From contig BCKZ01000046.1 of NCBI GenBank assembly GCA_001600815.1, forward strand, positions 1 through 54,711: DNA of 54,711 nt, in the 5' to 3' direction. Below, piece after piece: positions 10,794-23,180 of the stretch. This DNA comes from Alloascoidea hylecoeti. Taxonomy: Eukaryota. Both the position numbers and the translations under genes were made by a program. Position 1 is the first letter of the stretch; each line of letters opens with the position of its first letter. A model generated the notes under the pieces. The model was not told the origin of the DNA, ran no database searches, and was given only the letters and a program-made list of their open reading frames with translations.

Positions 10794-13772
10794 TTATAAT
10801 TCAATAAAATCAGGTTCTTCTGTATATTCAAAAGGATTAATCGGTAATTTTGGATTAATTATAACATTATCTTTATTTCCAACTGAATTTAAAATAGATT
10901 CAACAGATACTTTAACAGGAAGTCCACCATTCATCCACCATTTTTTTTTATCTGAACTTGGTGGTGGTAAACCATGTTTTAAAATTAAATCTTTTTCATC
11001 ATAATCTTCCAATTGTAAATTTTCATAATCATAATGTAATGATGATGGAATTCCAAATGATGATGATTCATTTTCACCATTAATACCATTTTCATTATTA
11101 TAGAAATCTAATGATAATTGATTTTTAATTTTATTATATAATTCAAAACTTAATTTTGCTTTTTTAATTTCATCAACTAATAAAATTTCTGAATTAAATA
11201 TACCATAAACAGGTCTATGATCAGAAATTCTTATATCAGGAACTCTACCATAACATAATTGTTTTAAATTTTTCCCACGACTTAAAATTCTATCACACCA
11301 AGCAGGAATTCTTTGTTTTTCAGAAGTATCATAATTATCAGTACCAACATCAAATTTATAAGTTGGTGGGAAATTAATTTCCATTTCATTAAAAAATGGA
11401 AATGATTCACCATCAACCATTTGTTTATTTAATTGATCTTTTTCAAATAATTCAATTAATTGATTTTTTGAAATCATTTTTTGAACTTGATCATTTGATA
11501 AATTAAATAATCTATAATTAAAATCACCAATCCATATAATATTATCATGTTCTTGAATTGTTTTTTTAAAAGATCTTGAGAAATGAATACCTTTTGCAAT
11601 TGTTTTATAATCATTATGTCTATCTTCTGAATTATTTAAACCAGCAGCCAAATGAGAAGTTAAAAAGCAAAAACTTGTTATACTATAATCAAATCTAACA
11701 GCAATACCACCTTTATTTGAACCCATACCACCCATACCTGTTTTAATTATATCACCTTCAATATTATTTATAAATTTAACTTGTGAATGTTTTATAAATA
11801 ATAATAAAACAATTCCACCTAAATGACTTGACCATATCAAGAAATATTTATTTTTTAAATTTAAAAGATTTATAAATTTTTTTTCCCAAAATAATTTTTG
11901 TTCTGTATCTGTTTTAATCATTTTACCAGGTGCTAATTCAACAACTTCTTGTAAACCAATAAAAACAATATCATAATCTTTTTTTTCATTTTTAATTTCA
12001 CAAGGAGGATATAACCAATTTGTTATATCAATATCAATTGTTGATGCTCCAACATTAAAAGTACCAGTAAATATTGATATATTTTTTTTTGATATATAAA
12101 AATCTTCTAAATTTTTTAATTCATTATTTACATTTTCATTAATTGGATCAAATAATTTAATATTTGTTTGTAATGGAGTTTGACCCATTAAATATTCATC
12201 AGAAGAATATTTATTTTTATTATTATCAATTTTATTAATTGTTTTTTTTGTAACATCGGCAATTGATTGTTTAAATTTATTACTTGAATTCGATAATGAT
12301 GATGATGATGATGAAAATATTTTTGAAATTTTTAAATTATTTTCAACCCATAAAGAATTATGTTTAATCCAAAATGAATGATCAGTTGGAATTCTTAAAT
12401 CGCCTAAAAACATATCTAATGCTTCAGCAGAAATTAATTGTTGAGCAATATTTGATTTTTCAAAACCATCCAAACAACAAGTTCTAAATATACCAGTTTG
12501 TTCTAAAATATAAGATTTTTTTTCAAAATCATAATAAAAAACACCAAATTCACTAATTGAATCATGAACTTGATATTTTAAATCATTTTTAATTTTTGAT
12601 TTTTTAATTAATTCTGATGAATTATTAAATGATTTTATAATACTATTATTTTTTAAAATATTTGATGATTTAACATGTTTTTCATATCTTTCAAAAATTT
12701 TTCCTTCATTACCTTTTAAATTTAATAAACATAATATATAGATTGAATTATATTTTTCAATTATTGGTTCAAAATGTTTATCAAATGCTCTTTGTGTTGC
12801 TTCAATTGATCTTGTAAAAATAATTTTTGAATTTAATAATTGTTCTTTAATATCCCAAAATAATGGTATACTACCACGAATTTGTATAAATGAATATAAT
12901 ATCGTTTCTGAACTAAATATAATTTCAGTTTCAACAAAATTTGATGAATATCCTTCATCATTTATACCAGTTGATCTAATTCCTCCATAAACAATTGATT
13001 TTAATCTTTTATATGAAACTTTTGAAATTATTGTTATTTTAATATCATCAATATTATTATTTACATTATTTCTTAATTTTGAATTAATTGTATTTGAATA
13101 ACCTCTCATTATAGTAGTTATAAAATTAGAAGAATCAAATTTTTTTTTATCAATATTAACTAAATGACTTCTAAATTTTAATAATTCTGATAACATGAAA
13201 AAATTCCATAAAAATGATTCATTATATTGATCAGTATTAAAATTTTTTTTATCAATTCCACGATCTTGTAATGTATTTGTTATATCAAAATTTGATGAAA
13301 AATAAAATTCACCTTTACTTAATAATTTTTTAATTCTTCTACATGGATGTTCTTGTTCTTGTTCATCATGTCCATTTGTAATTGTTGTTGTATTATCCCA
13401 ATCTGATCTTGTAAGACAATAAAATTCAACAGATGTTATCTTCATAATACTTTCACCAATTCTTGGAACAGCAGATAATTGTTGACCAGTTATAAAACAA
13501 ACAAAAACATCACCACTAACATTTTGAAACCCAAGGAATCCATAATATGATTTTGATGATAATTCTCGATAATCATCTAAAATAATATCATTTATTGAAC
13601 AAAAATCAACGGTACATTTAGGTTGTGAATTAACATTTGAACTTGAATGAGTTTTTGAAGATTTAGAAGATTGCTGATGTTGTTGTTGAGATCTTACATG
13701 TCGTAATATTAAAGCAGTATTATTGGAAACAATTGCTATCGTTCGTGGATTTTCTTTTATAAATACTTGCAT
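10794..13772 (-). CDS. INP51: Synaptojanin-like inositol polyphosphate 5-phosphatase with degenerate Sac1 domain
   Basis: Sac1 domain (NFVETE, RGSIPLFW) plus 5-phosphatase motifs (WIGDFNYR, PPTYKFD, PAWCDRIL, SDHRPV). The Sac catalytic loop reads CLDGFEKSN instead of CLDCLDRTN. Confidence 0.88.
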   Translation of the reverse strand: MQVFIKENPRTIAIVSNNTALILRHVRSQQQHQQSSKSSKTHSSSNVNSQPKCTVDFCSINDIILDDYRELSSKSYYGFLGFQNVSGDVFVCFITGQQLSAVPRIGESIMKITSVEFYCLTRSDWDNTTTITNGHDEQEQEHPCRRIKKLLSKGEFYFSSNFDITNTLQDRGIDKKNFNTDQYNESFLWNFFMLSELLKFRSHLVNIDKKKFDSSNFITTIMRGYSNTINSKLRNNVNNNIDDIKITIISKVSYKRLKSIVYGGIRSTGINDEGYSSNFVETEIIFSSETILYSFIQIRGSIPLFWDIKEQLLNSKIIFTRSIEATQRAFDKHFEPIIEKYNSIYILCLLNLKGNEGKIFERYEKHVKSSNILKNNSIIKSFNNSSELIKKSKIKNDLKYQVHDSISEFGVFYYDFEKKSYILEQTGIFRTCCLDGFEKSNIAQQLISAEALDMFLGDLRIPTDHSFWIKHNSLWVENNLKISKIFSSSSSSLSNSSNKFKQSIADVTKKTINKIDNNKNKYSSDEYLMGQTPLQTNIKLFDPINENVNNELKNLEDFYISKKNISIFTGTFNVGASTIDIDITNWLYPPCEIKNEKKDYDIVFIGLQEVVELAPGKMIKTDTEQKLFWEKKFINLLNLKNKYFLIWSSHLGGIVLLLFIKHSQVKFINNIEGDIIKTGMGGMGSNKGGIAVRFDYSITSFCFLTSHLAAGLNNSEDRHNDYKTIAKGIHFSRSFKKTIQEHDNIIWIGDFNYRLFNLSNDQVQKMISKNQLIELFEKDQLNKQMVDGESFPFFNEMEINFPPTYKFDVGTDNYDTSEKQRIPAWCDRILSRGKNLKQLCYGRVPDIRISDHRPVYGIFNSEILLVDEIKKAKLSFELYNKIKNQLSLDFYNNENGINGENESSSFGIPSSLHYDYENLQLEDYDEKDLILKHGLPPPSSDKKKWWMNGGLPVKVSVESILNSVGNKDNVIINPKLPINPFEYTEEPDFIEL

Positions 13773-13917
13773 TTCAACGTTTATAATAATGAGTGTTGAA
13801 TCTATCTACGTAAGTCAAAATAATAGACCAAACGGTTCACGTGATGTAACATTTTTGCGATTTACTCATACTCATAATCAACGAATTATTTATTGATCTA
13901 TTTATGAAACTATAAAA

Positions 13918-14676
13918 CTAACCATAAATACCAAGTTCCATTTCTAAAGGGATTTGAATATTTCCATAATTTCCATTCCAAGAAATAGGGGTTATCCATT
14001 TTTCAGGAATATGAATATTTAATAAATTTAAAATTTTTGATGATAAAAATTGAGCATCTTGAGAATTATCACCTTCAAAAACATCCATCAATAATCCAAT
14101 CAATTGCTTTGAGTCCTTAGAAATTGTAGTATTATCTTTATTAACATTTAATTGAGATAGTTTATCTTCTAAAACCTTATAATCCCCAGCTTCATTTATC
14201 AAAGTCATATATCCAGCCATTAATGGACATCCAATATAATTTGAGTTTTGATTTGAGGAATTGATTTGTATAGTTTCAAATAAATCATCTATTGTGTTTG
14301 TTGGAATTGCACGATATGAAGCATCTCTTGAACCAACAACAACAATTTTTTGGAAACCAATTTCTTGAATGAGTGGAATGATTGTATTTAGTATGAACTT
14401 CCTGGTCATTCCAGGTAATATGGGAGATCTTTGATGTAACAGAGACAATTGATACTTTTCAGAGTGGTATAACTGCAAGGAGGTAGTCAGGCCATTAATA
14501 GTGGCAGAACCCGTGGAAGCATAATCGTTGGGAGATACAAACGGGAAAAGATACCTGTCATCCACAACCCTCAGTTGTTTGAGATTGAAGGTGTGGATCA
14601 GCAGATCTGCAGCCAGCTGAGGCGTATTCCCGGTGGAGATGAGTGGCAAGATGAGAGTTGAGTCCGCTAGCTTCAT
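13918..14676 (-). CDS. ADD66: Proteasome assembly chaperone 2 (PAC2 family)
   Basis: N-terminal LILPLISTGNTPQLAADLLI, LLHQRSP, and C-terminal WITPISWNGNYG...IYG typical of PAC2/Pba2. Confidence 0.85.
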   Translation of the reverse strand: MKLADSTLILPLISTGNTPQLAADLLIHTFNLKQLRVVDDRYLFPFVSPNDYASTGSATINGLTTSLQLYHSEKYQLSLLHQRSPILPGMTRKFILNTIIPLIQEIGFQKIVVVGSRDASYRAIPTNTIDDLFETIQINSSNQNSNYIGCPLMAGYMTLINEAGDYKVLEDKLSQLNVNKDNTTISKDSKQLIGLLMDVFEGDNSQDAQFLSSKILNLLNIHIPEKWITPISWNGNYGNIQIPLEMELGIYG

Positions 14677-14823
14677 ATTTTGTGGTTAAAGGCCTGATTA
14701 TAGCTGATTGTCAGAATATGTAATAATTTGGCCCGGGATGGTGCAGGGTAACTGGCTGGGGATAAAAGAGCGACATTTATATTGATGTAAACCATCAAAT
14801 TTAAAGATTAGCATGAAGGATTG

Positions 14824-15930
14824 ATGGTGTATGCCAACTCCTCCGCCTCCGCCTCCTCCACCCTCCGGCATGTGAGCTACACTCAGACTTACGTCATCAC
14901 CGGCACCGAAACCACGTTCACCACCCAAAAGGCCACCCAAACATGGGTCACGGGCACGTCCTCTATTACCGTGCTGCCCATCACCACTGACTTTACTTGG
15001 TACCAGAAAAGTTTTGGAACCACCCAAATCCCCGTTCCGTCTGTCATCACCGACTCTATTTCCAATGGGCTGTCTGGCGGAAAGATCGCTGGTATTGTCG
15101 TTGGTTCTGTTGGGTTCATATCAATTTTGCTTGCCCTTCTGCTGTTCTGCTGTCGACGCAAACATAAATCTCCGGCCATTCCTCCTTCTCCAGATCAACA
15201 ACTTAACCGACAACTCCCTCAATATTTAGAAATGGCTGAGCCCCAACCTCCATCGCCAACTCCTCTCGCTCAATTTGTTCCTGGTCGAATACACACTGTT
15301 TACGAAGCTCCAGATGAGTCTTCCTTTTCAACTCGTTACGAATTCTCCAAGGTTTATACAAGAGATACAAGTCATCCTCATTTTACCCAGCGCTTTCATC
15401 CCCGTCCTCATCATGGTTATAACTTAGCCACTCCGACCCACCACGACTCAGACTCAGACTCAGACCCTGACTCGGATTTAGATTCAACTCCAGATAGTGA
15501 TTATGAATCAGTTATAACTGGAAATGACAATGTTAATCCTTTCAATGAAGTCTCATCTCCCAATCATATTCACTTCTCACCAGCTTCTTCATCCTTTGCC
15601 TCCTCTTTAATTTCTTTATCATCATCATTATCAACTCCAATTGCAACTCCAATTCCAAACAATAGCAATAATCATCTTAATATTTACATGAACACTTATA
15701 AAAATAACAATACCAACAAACCAACTAGGAATCATTCTATATTAACGGTTTCTACTGCTACTTCAACATCATTTTCTACAGCTCCTTCGACTAAAATACA
15801 AAGGAATAATTCAATTGATATAGGAGTATTAGATGAATCAAAATCACATCCAACTACTTCAAATACAAATACAAATACAAATACAAAAGGATATAATTTT
15901 ACTCATAGTAGATTTAAAGAACGGATATGA
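14824..15930 (+). CDS. Ser/Thr-rich single-pass membrane protein (Mid2/Skg6-like TM motif)
   Basis: Thr-rich N-terminus, LSGGKIAGIVVGSVGFISILLALLLFCCRRK transmembrane segment with basic stop-transfer, long low-complexity tail. First ATG at 14824; no obvious signal peptide. Confidence 0.75.
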   Translation: MVYANSSASASSTLRHVSYTQTYVITGTETTFTTQKATQTWVTGTSSITVLPITTDFTWYQKSFGTTQIPVPSVITDSISNGLSGGKIAGIVVGSVGFISILLALLLFCCRRKHKSPAIPPSPDQQLNRQLPQYLEMAEPQPPSPTPLAQFVPGRIHTVYEAPDESSFSTRYEFSKVYTRDTSHPHFTQRFHPRPHHGYNLATPTHHDSDSDSDPDSDLDSTPDSDYESVITGNDNVNPFNEVSSPNHIHFSPASSSFASSLISLSSSLSTPIATPIPNNSNNHLNIYMNTYKNNNTNKPTRNHSILTVSTATSTSFSTAPSTKIQRNNSIDIGVLDESKSHPTTSNTNTNTNTKGYNFTHSRFKERI

Positions 15931-17499
15931 AAATTAAACTATTACTACATAATTTAAATGTTTTTTTAGTTTCAGAAATTGATTGTCTAATTTGAAAATT
16001 GAAAATTAAAATTTCTTTATGCTATTTATAGGTTTTGTTTTGTTTTGTTTTGTTTTGTTTATTTTTTTTTTTTTTTTTTTGAATTTTTACTTTTTNTTTT
16101 TTTTGAAATTGAATCGAAGGAGATTACAACAACTTGAAACAACATTAAACACACAAATTAAAAATTAAAAATTAAAAAATCTATAATTCTTTATTAAATT
16201 ATACTACATAGTATATTTTTTGAATTCTCTTATTCATCTTATCTTATCATTGATTTCTCATTTCTTTCCTCTTTACATCTTTTTTTATAGACTTTCCTTA
16301 CAGACAAAAATACCATTATCATTACCATATATGCATTATATCATTAATTGTTTTTATGATGACTCAATTGACTATAATTAATAATATACTTTTCAATACG
16401 CATCATTTTATTTTTAAATTTTTATAAATTTTTTTATTCTTATTTCTTAATATAGATTTCGATTTCCCCTTTTTTCATGATTTAGTCTTTGTTGAATCAT
16501 TATTATTATTATTGTAATTGTTGAGTTAACGTTTTTATCTATCTTTATATTTATTTTTATCTTTTTATTCATATTTATTGAAATTGAACTGCCTAGTTAT
16601 ATATAGCTATCAAATTTTATTCTGCATATATAATTAACCATAGAGTTATTTTTTTATGAAATTGCAATTGATTATGTTATATAATGGTTAGCGCTAGCTT
16701 AAGATTTATTTTTAGAAAAAAAAAGAAAAAAAAACACTAAAAATAAATAATAAAAAGAAATACTTTCCTTAATATTATAAAAACGGTTAATTCATCACTC
16801 ATATTATAATTAATATTTACTGTATTTTGGATCCTCCCAATTGCAAACATTATAGGTAATAATAAGACAGTACTGTAGTAACAAATAAGAACAATGTAGT
16901 TTATAGGTCTTATTTTATCTTGTTTAATTACAGATATGCATTGTTCCTGGCATAATCAATATTTAAATAATGACGACTATTTATACTTTCTTCGTGTTAT
17001 TATATCAGTCTTTAAGTTTGTCGATGAGCCATCATGCAACAAGGCTGAGTCGTTGTTTTCTTGCTCAAGTGTGAAGTTCTTCGAGAACCAACTTAAACAC
17101 CACCCGAAGAATTCGCAAATAACATAGCGCGTAAAAAGTCGTATGCGGGGAGCCAGGAGAGCCAGAAACTCACAATGATATGGTCTAAAGATAGATTAGA
17201 GTGCCTTCAGGACGTTAGAATTGGAGAATTTATGAAGATGATGAATGCTTGGTCGATCCGGGAAAGTACGTATTATACCAATTATTAAGAGATTTTATGC
17301 TCGACTACAGACAGGACGGTCATTTGAACCCCAAAATCTTAGTACAAGGAAGTCTGATCTGTCTTACTCGAATATTCTATGGTGTAGAATTTGGAAAAAG
17401 GAGGCCGTGTTTGATAGTTGGGGATCTTTTTATTAATGCTTCACATGAATCGTAGAGTGCCAGCCGTTTATGACGTTAACGTCGCTAGCACAAAACACT

Positions 17500-18240
17500 A
17501 TATAGAGCTAAACTTCAAATCTAACTTATATAGTATCTACAGAACATTATGTACTATTTTAAGATACATAGTTCTGTTTTTGATTTGAGCGGTATCCAAA
17601 AATCCGAAATCGAAATCAAAACGCTATAATTAGCGCAGGATCAGTTGAAATATCAATTAAGTTGATTATAAATGGCTGATGGTTTAAATTTATTTATAAT
17701 ATTAATGGTCTTCTTCTGTTTTGGAGTTAACCGAGCGAAATCCATTCACATTTTGAGATAGTCCATAGTTCCCCTGGAATCCTCCCTTCCGCGTATTTTT
17801 ACTATACCTTAGTTAGAAAATCTTAATACAATATAACCAGTTGTAACATCATAACTAATATAGTTTACTATGCTGTATGATTGTTTTTCTCTTAAGTAGA
17901 TGAATTCCCTAAACACAACCGATGCGCTTGAAATGTGAAAAGGACAGTAAAATAGTTTCGATTGGGCCTCCTATTATAAACATATAGCGTTAATATTTAT
18001 TCCCCAATTTTATATAAATTTCTTAAATTTGAAACGTAACATAAAAGTTCCCTTTTTCCACTAGTACTTTTATACTTAGATTCAGATTAAAAATAATAGT
18101 TTCTTTCCGTGTATATCCAATGATGACTGTTTAGTTCAATGAGATGGTAAACTCGACACAAAAACTGAAAGGCAAAAGGTCTGTCATCCAATTCTTCAAA
18201 GACTCTATAACAATGTTATGAATATACCTTGGATGTAGAA
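17500..18240. repeat. Direct repeat copy A (~720 bp, diverged)
   Basis: Shares colinear blocks with 18550-19275, e.g. TAGTATCTACAGA, GTCTTCTTCTGTTTT, TTCACATTTTGAGAT, GGTAAACTCGACACAAAA, ATCCAATTCTTCAAAGACTCTA. Confidence 0.9.
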
Positions 18241-18264
18241 TGATCATCATTATCATTAAAAAAA

Positions 18265-18408
18265 ACCAAACACATTGACATCAAATAAAATTTTGCCAGA
18301 GAAATAGTAAACAATAGAGAAAAAATGACTCTATACTACATCAACATCGTTAATAACTTAGCAGATTTCCTAACAAAACCAATCAAGGGCATAAAATTCA
18401 AAACTTGA
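18265..18408 (+). mobile_element. Ty1/copia RNase H C-terminal remnant
   Basis: TKHIDIK*NFAREIVNNREKMTLYYINIVNNLADFLTKPIKGIKFKT* contains the copia RNase H signatures KHIDIK and ADxLTKP, with an internal stop. Confidence 0.9.
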
Positions 18409-18549
18409 AAATTAAGTTAAAGATCAAAAGTAACCTCAAATCAACTTTCAAATTGGAAGACTGGAAAATCATCCGTACACCTCTTGTCTGTTAGAATTAG
18501 ACTACATAGTACATACATGCCAAACTTCAATTAAATGACATTTACATGT

Positions 18550-19275
18550 AACTTATAGACTAATATAGAGAAACTCTAGTATCTACAGACTATTTTGTAC
18601 TATATTAAGAAAAAATAGAGCCTTGTAGAGTATTCAGTGGTTGATTATAGTATTTCTATTTGTATTTGGAGTGGTGCCTGAGAAAAAAGAGAAAAGTTAG
18701 GCCAAAACCGGCTGTAAGTATATTGTATGATGGTTTATTTATCATATCAATAGTCTTCTTCTGTTTTTGGTGTTAACCGTGCAAAATCCGTTCACATTTT
18801 GAGATGGTCTCTCTCCAGCCCTCATATTTTAACTATGGCTTAGTTAGAATATCTTATTTCAAGGATGCTGTGATACTATAACCAGTTGGTATCCGTTGGG
18901 TATTCTTAGGTAGATGAACTCGCTAGACAAAACCGGTGCCAATATGTCTGAAATGTAATCAGAAAGGCAGTCCAATTACAATAGTCCCAATTAAATTATC
19001 TATTATAAACATAAAATGTTAATATCTATTCACCAATCTTATATAAATTTCTTAAATCTTAAACGTAACAGTAGTCCTTTTATTGTAGTTTTATCCTTAA
19101 ACTTAGATTGAAAATGTAATAACTGTCCCCATATAAGATTACATACAACGATGGCTGCTTAGTCCAATCAGACGGTAAACTCGACACAAAAGCTGAAAGG
19201 TAAAGGGTCTTTTATCCAATTCTTCAAAGACTCTAAAACAGTTCACAATGCTATGAATAAACCTTTGATACAGAA
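18550..19275. repeat. Direct repeat copy B (~720 bp, diverged)
   Basis: Colinear homolog of 17500-18240; boundaries approximate. Confidence 0.9.
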
Positions 19276-19595
19276 TTTATAAGTATACCACTTGATTCCT
19301 CATCATCATTTGGAGGCATCAACCATCCACTTGAACATGCATATAGAACTGGTAATTTCTCCTTTCCACTGATATATCTGGACACCTATCTATGTATTGT
19401 GAAATTCAATAGTATTTAAGTTGGGCAACAGAACAATCTATTAACTAAGTATCAGTTTAAGAATTTTTGCAATTAGAGAAAATTCCACCAAACATCCATA
19501 CACCTCTTCTCTCTTAAATATTTTTTGACGAGTGAAAAATATTCCTGAATTCAAAATAAGAAAGGCATAAACCTCAATTTTTACTTATAAGTGTT

Positions 19596-21134
19596 ATGAA
19601 CGAGACTATAACTTTTTCGACTCCAACTTCGTTAAGAACGACAGCAGTCCGCTCGGGATTTTCAACTTCTATTTCATATCGAAGTAAGACTACTGCTTTT
19701 GGTTCTTTTGTTGCAACAAAAAAGCATCTATTAGTGTTTCAATCTGGTAAGCCAGTCTTAAACGTTTATATTAAAGGAAAAGACAGCGTTGAACAAACGA
19801 TATTTTTACCAGCTTCTTTAACTTATTGTATAATCACTGGTGATGAAAATGATGATAATGATGGTTTTTTAATTGCTGGTGATACCGCTGGAAAATTATA
19901 TATTTGGAATCTATTAACTGGTGAACTAATAAATGTTATATTAGCCCATTATCAAAAATTAACATGTCTTGCAAAGACCCAAGATAGTAGTATTATAATT
20001 TCTGGTTCTGAAGATTCAAGATGTTGTGTCTGGAGATTAATTGATTTAATTTCAAATTCAGATATTGATTCAAATTCAGACGTTGATTCATCATCAAATT
20101 CAAATATTAAACCCTTTAAAATAATAACTGATAATACTTTGCCAATTACTGATATCATTGTATCTCAATCATTTATTTTAGATTCAAAAATTTATACATC
20201 TTCAAAGGATTCAACTGTTAGAATTTATGATGTTCCAACTATAACATTACAAAGAACTTATGTATCTGATTCTCCTGTCAATTGCATGGCATTAGACTCA
20301 TTAGAATCAAATTTATATCTCGGTTTAAGTAATGGAAAAATCAATAGAGTCAATTTACTTGAAGCAAATATTAATAATGATGGTTTAAATAAAATATTTA
20401 ATACATCTTCAGAAAATGATACTACAACGTATGAACATCATTTAACAAATGAACAAAAAGATAATAATAAAGATTCTAGAATAAAAATTGAAATAACTGC
20501 AATTAAATTAAATTTTGATGGGACTATATTATGTTCTGGGGATTCAACTGGTATATTATGTTTTACAGAAGTGGTTTCAAAACAATCATTAAAGAAAATC
20601 AATGCTTCAAATAAAAAGACTTCAGACAATAATAGGAATAATTCAAACAGTGAAAATGGGAATGAAACAAACTCAAGGATTATCAATATATCATTATCAA
20701 TAACACCAGTTACACCATCTTTAAATAACAATCTCAATAATTATGATCGTAAAACGTCACTAAAGATACCTAATCTTAAAAGAATAATTTCCGATAAAAA
20801 TAATATAGATAATAATGATCTACAATTGAAAATTAAACCTTCAAAAAATCTTTCCAATTCAAAGAATAATAACGATGATTTTAAATTCGGATATGATGAT
20901 AATGAGTTAAAAGCTATAATAAAACAATTACAGGGTGTTAACAATAACAATACTAATTCAAAACAATCTCGAGGAGGTTTAATAAAAAATGTATCAACGA
21001 TTCAAAATGCCAATGAGTTAGAAGAAACTAAAGATAAATTACAAAAAATGTCAAAAATGTATGGTGAATTAAGATCTTTATATTCTGAGTTGTGGGGCAA
21101 ATATGAACAAACTTTAGAAACTAATTTGGAATAA
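19596..21134 (+). CDS. IPI3: Rix1 complex WD40 subunit, pre-rRNA processing
   Basis: LIAGDTAGKLYIWNLLTGEL, AHYQ, SGSEDSRCCVW, DNTLPITD, TSSKDSTVRIYD and a C-terminal coiled coil. Confidence 0.88.
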   Translation: MNETITFSTPTSLRTTAVRSGFSTSISYRSKTTAFGSFVATKKHLLVFQSGKPVLNVYIKGKDSVEQTIFLPASLTYCIITGDENDDNDGFLIAGDTAGKLYIWNLLTGELINVILAHYQKLTCLAKTQDSSIIISGSEDSRCCVWRLIDLISNSDIDSNSDVDSSSNSNIKPFKIITDNTLPITDIIVSQSFILDSKIYTSSKDSTVRIYDVPTITLQRTYVSDSPVNCMALDSLESNLYLGLSNGKINRVNLLEANINNDGLNKIFNTSSENDTTTYEHHLTNEQKDNNKDSRIKIEITAIKLNFDGTILCSGDSTGILCFTEVVSKQSLKKINASNKKTSDNNRNNSNSENGNETNSRIINISLSITPVTPSLNNNLNNYDRKTSLKIPNLKRIISDKNNIDNNDLQLKIKPSKNLSNSKNNNDDFKFGYDDNELKAIIKQLQGVNNNNTNSKQSRGGLIKNVSTIQNANELEETKDKLQKMSKMYGELRSLYSELWGKYEQTLETNLE

Positions 21135-22589
21135 ATTAAAATGAAAATATATATAGACAAGATAGATAATCATAATTGCATCTACATTAGTAACCAATAC
21201 AATTACAATATTAATACTAAGTAACTTAAATAAATGAATTTGTATGTTTTCTCAGCTGATTATCTCTTAAAGGCCAATTGAAGTGATACTAACTAATTTT
21301 ATTTCATAATTCCTTATATTAGGCGCTCCAAGATATATCCCCAATACGTGGTGTGAGCCTGTGTGAATTTAATCTCAACAATTTTATCACTGTCTTCTTA
21401 ATAGACAGTTAATTCAAACACTATTACATTGATTTTAACTTGATTTGAGCTTGGAAAAGGTATCTTCACGTTTTTCATGAATGAGATTTTCCTTTTGCGT
21501 CGGTATTGAAAATAATAAACACGAAAACAACTTTTTTAAATGCATGAAATTTATCAACTGATTAAATACAATTAATATAGCCTGAAAATATTAGGATTAC
21601 TTATTTTGATCAGCAATCCCTCAAAATTTGGTTATTCCAAGATATCCCTAAAATGCGTCCAAACATTACATATTAGCGCGTATAGCTATAATTTGTGTAT
21701 GTTAGAAGCCTAATTAAAGGTGTTTTCTCAAATGAATATCTATAATTAAAGTCCAATTAAAATGATGGTGACGCTTATTTTTGTTTTGCCCACTCATTAT
21801 CTCCCCATCACAAGCCCACTGAAGTATAATGAATAAGTTACACTTATCTACCGATATGCATAAATATGCGTTGCGATCCATTTCTTAACGGTTGACTCAT
21901 TCTCAGACTAAAGTGGCCCACTACGAAACACGGAACCAGATATTTGGGGAGTTTTTTGACGATCCTTGACTTTAAAAGTTCATCATAAATTTTGTACAAA
22001 TCCAAGCTTAAGTTTAATGATTACACGTGTTGCACGTTTTTTGATAGCGGTACTTGGTTAGGGTTCCTAGTTTATCAATTACAATGATGTCATATTAAAT
22101 TATAATGCTTTTTTTCCGCTTTTATTATTATTGTTATACAAATAAAGATAAGAAATGATATGATGATGACTATACTATAGCGAATATATATAATTTGAAA
22201 AAGAAAAAAAATTAAAAATTAAAAAAGTAAACTAGAAATGGTTAGAGAGATTGTTTTGGTATTGAATGATCCTTTAATTAATTATTAGGTTAATCAAAAT
22301 AGAATCTATAAAAATATATATAAAATTGAGTCAATGTAAAAAAGATATTTGTGTTTTTAAGAAGTTTGAAAAGACAGAGATATTAAAATGTGAATCAGCA
22401 CGTACTATAATATAGTAGTAAAATTAATTTGATAAAGAATACAATTAATAATATCGTTATTTAAAAAGATTAAAGAAAGTACCAACCAGAAACATATAAT
22501 TTAACTTATTAATCGAGTGATTTGTGATCTGTCTTATCTTTCCAATTTATTTCCTTCTTGTTACCCTATTTCCTTTAAAATAAAACAAT

Positions 22590-23180
22590 TTAAAAGGTCA
22601 TAAGATGTGGTTTCTCACCATTCTTTAAGCTAAAAGAACTATTTAAATATTGTCTTAATAATGGGGTCTTTTTAATTTCACCTAATAATGCTTTATCAAT
22701 GGTCTTTTGATCATCAACTCTTTCCAATTTAATGGTTTTCTTCTCATCAATATCACCAAAGAATTCTCCTTCTTTATCATTTTTAGAGGAGTTAACAGTA
22801 TCTCTTTTGAAATAATCAACATTAAATTTACCAACATCTATGGCATCTACTGAGATCTTTGTAGCAGTAGCAATGACATAACGTGCATTGACTCTTCTTA
22901 AGGGAACTCCATTAACCTTAAAAGGACCAGAAATCAATAAAGTATTATCCTCTAAAGGCTTCAAGTAGACAACCTTCTTACCACGGAAACGACCTGCTAA
23001 TAGAATCAAAATAGTTCCTGGTTGTAATGATTTACGTAGTTTAGTTGGTCGTTGGGTCTTCCTTGTGATTTTAGGTGTTGGAACAGACTCAGCAGGATAC
23101 CATTTGGGGGCCTTTTGTGTAGGGATAACACGTTCAGAACCATTCTTGGATCCTCCGATAACTTTTGTTCGTGTAGCCAT
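22590..23180 (-). CDS. RPL6: 60S ribosomal protein eL6
   Basis: [50 protein letters not shown]. Confidence 0.97.
   Translation of the reverse strand: MATRTKVIGGSKNGSERVIPTQKAPKWYPAESVPTPKITRKTQRPTKLRKSLQPGTILILLAGRFRGKKVVYLKPLEDNTLLISGPFKVNGVPLRRVNARYVIATATKISVDAIDVGKFNVDYFKRDTVNSSKNDKEGEFFGDIDEKKTIKLERVDDQKTIDKALLGEIKKTPLLRQYLNSSFSLKNGEKPHLMTF

Noticed and set aside
15940..16850. Pyrimidine/poly-T low-complexity tract with (GTTTT)n
   Set aside because: Ordinary AT-rich intergenic or UTR-like sequence; no ORF or RNA motif supported.
17150..17455. Short higher-GC ORFs upstream of repeat A
   Set aside because: No recognisable motif; may be decayed coding DNA but cannot be assigned.
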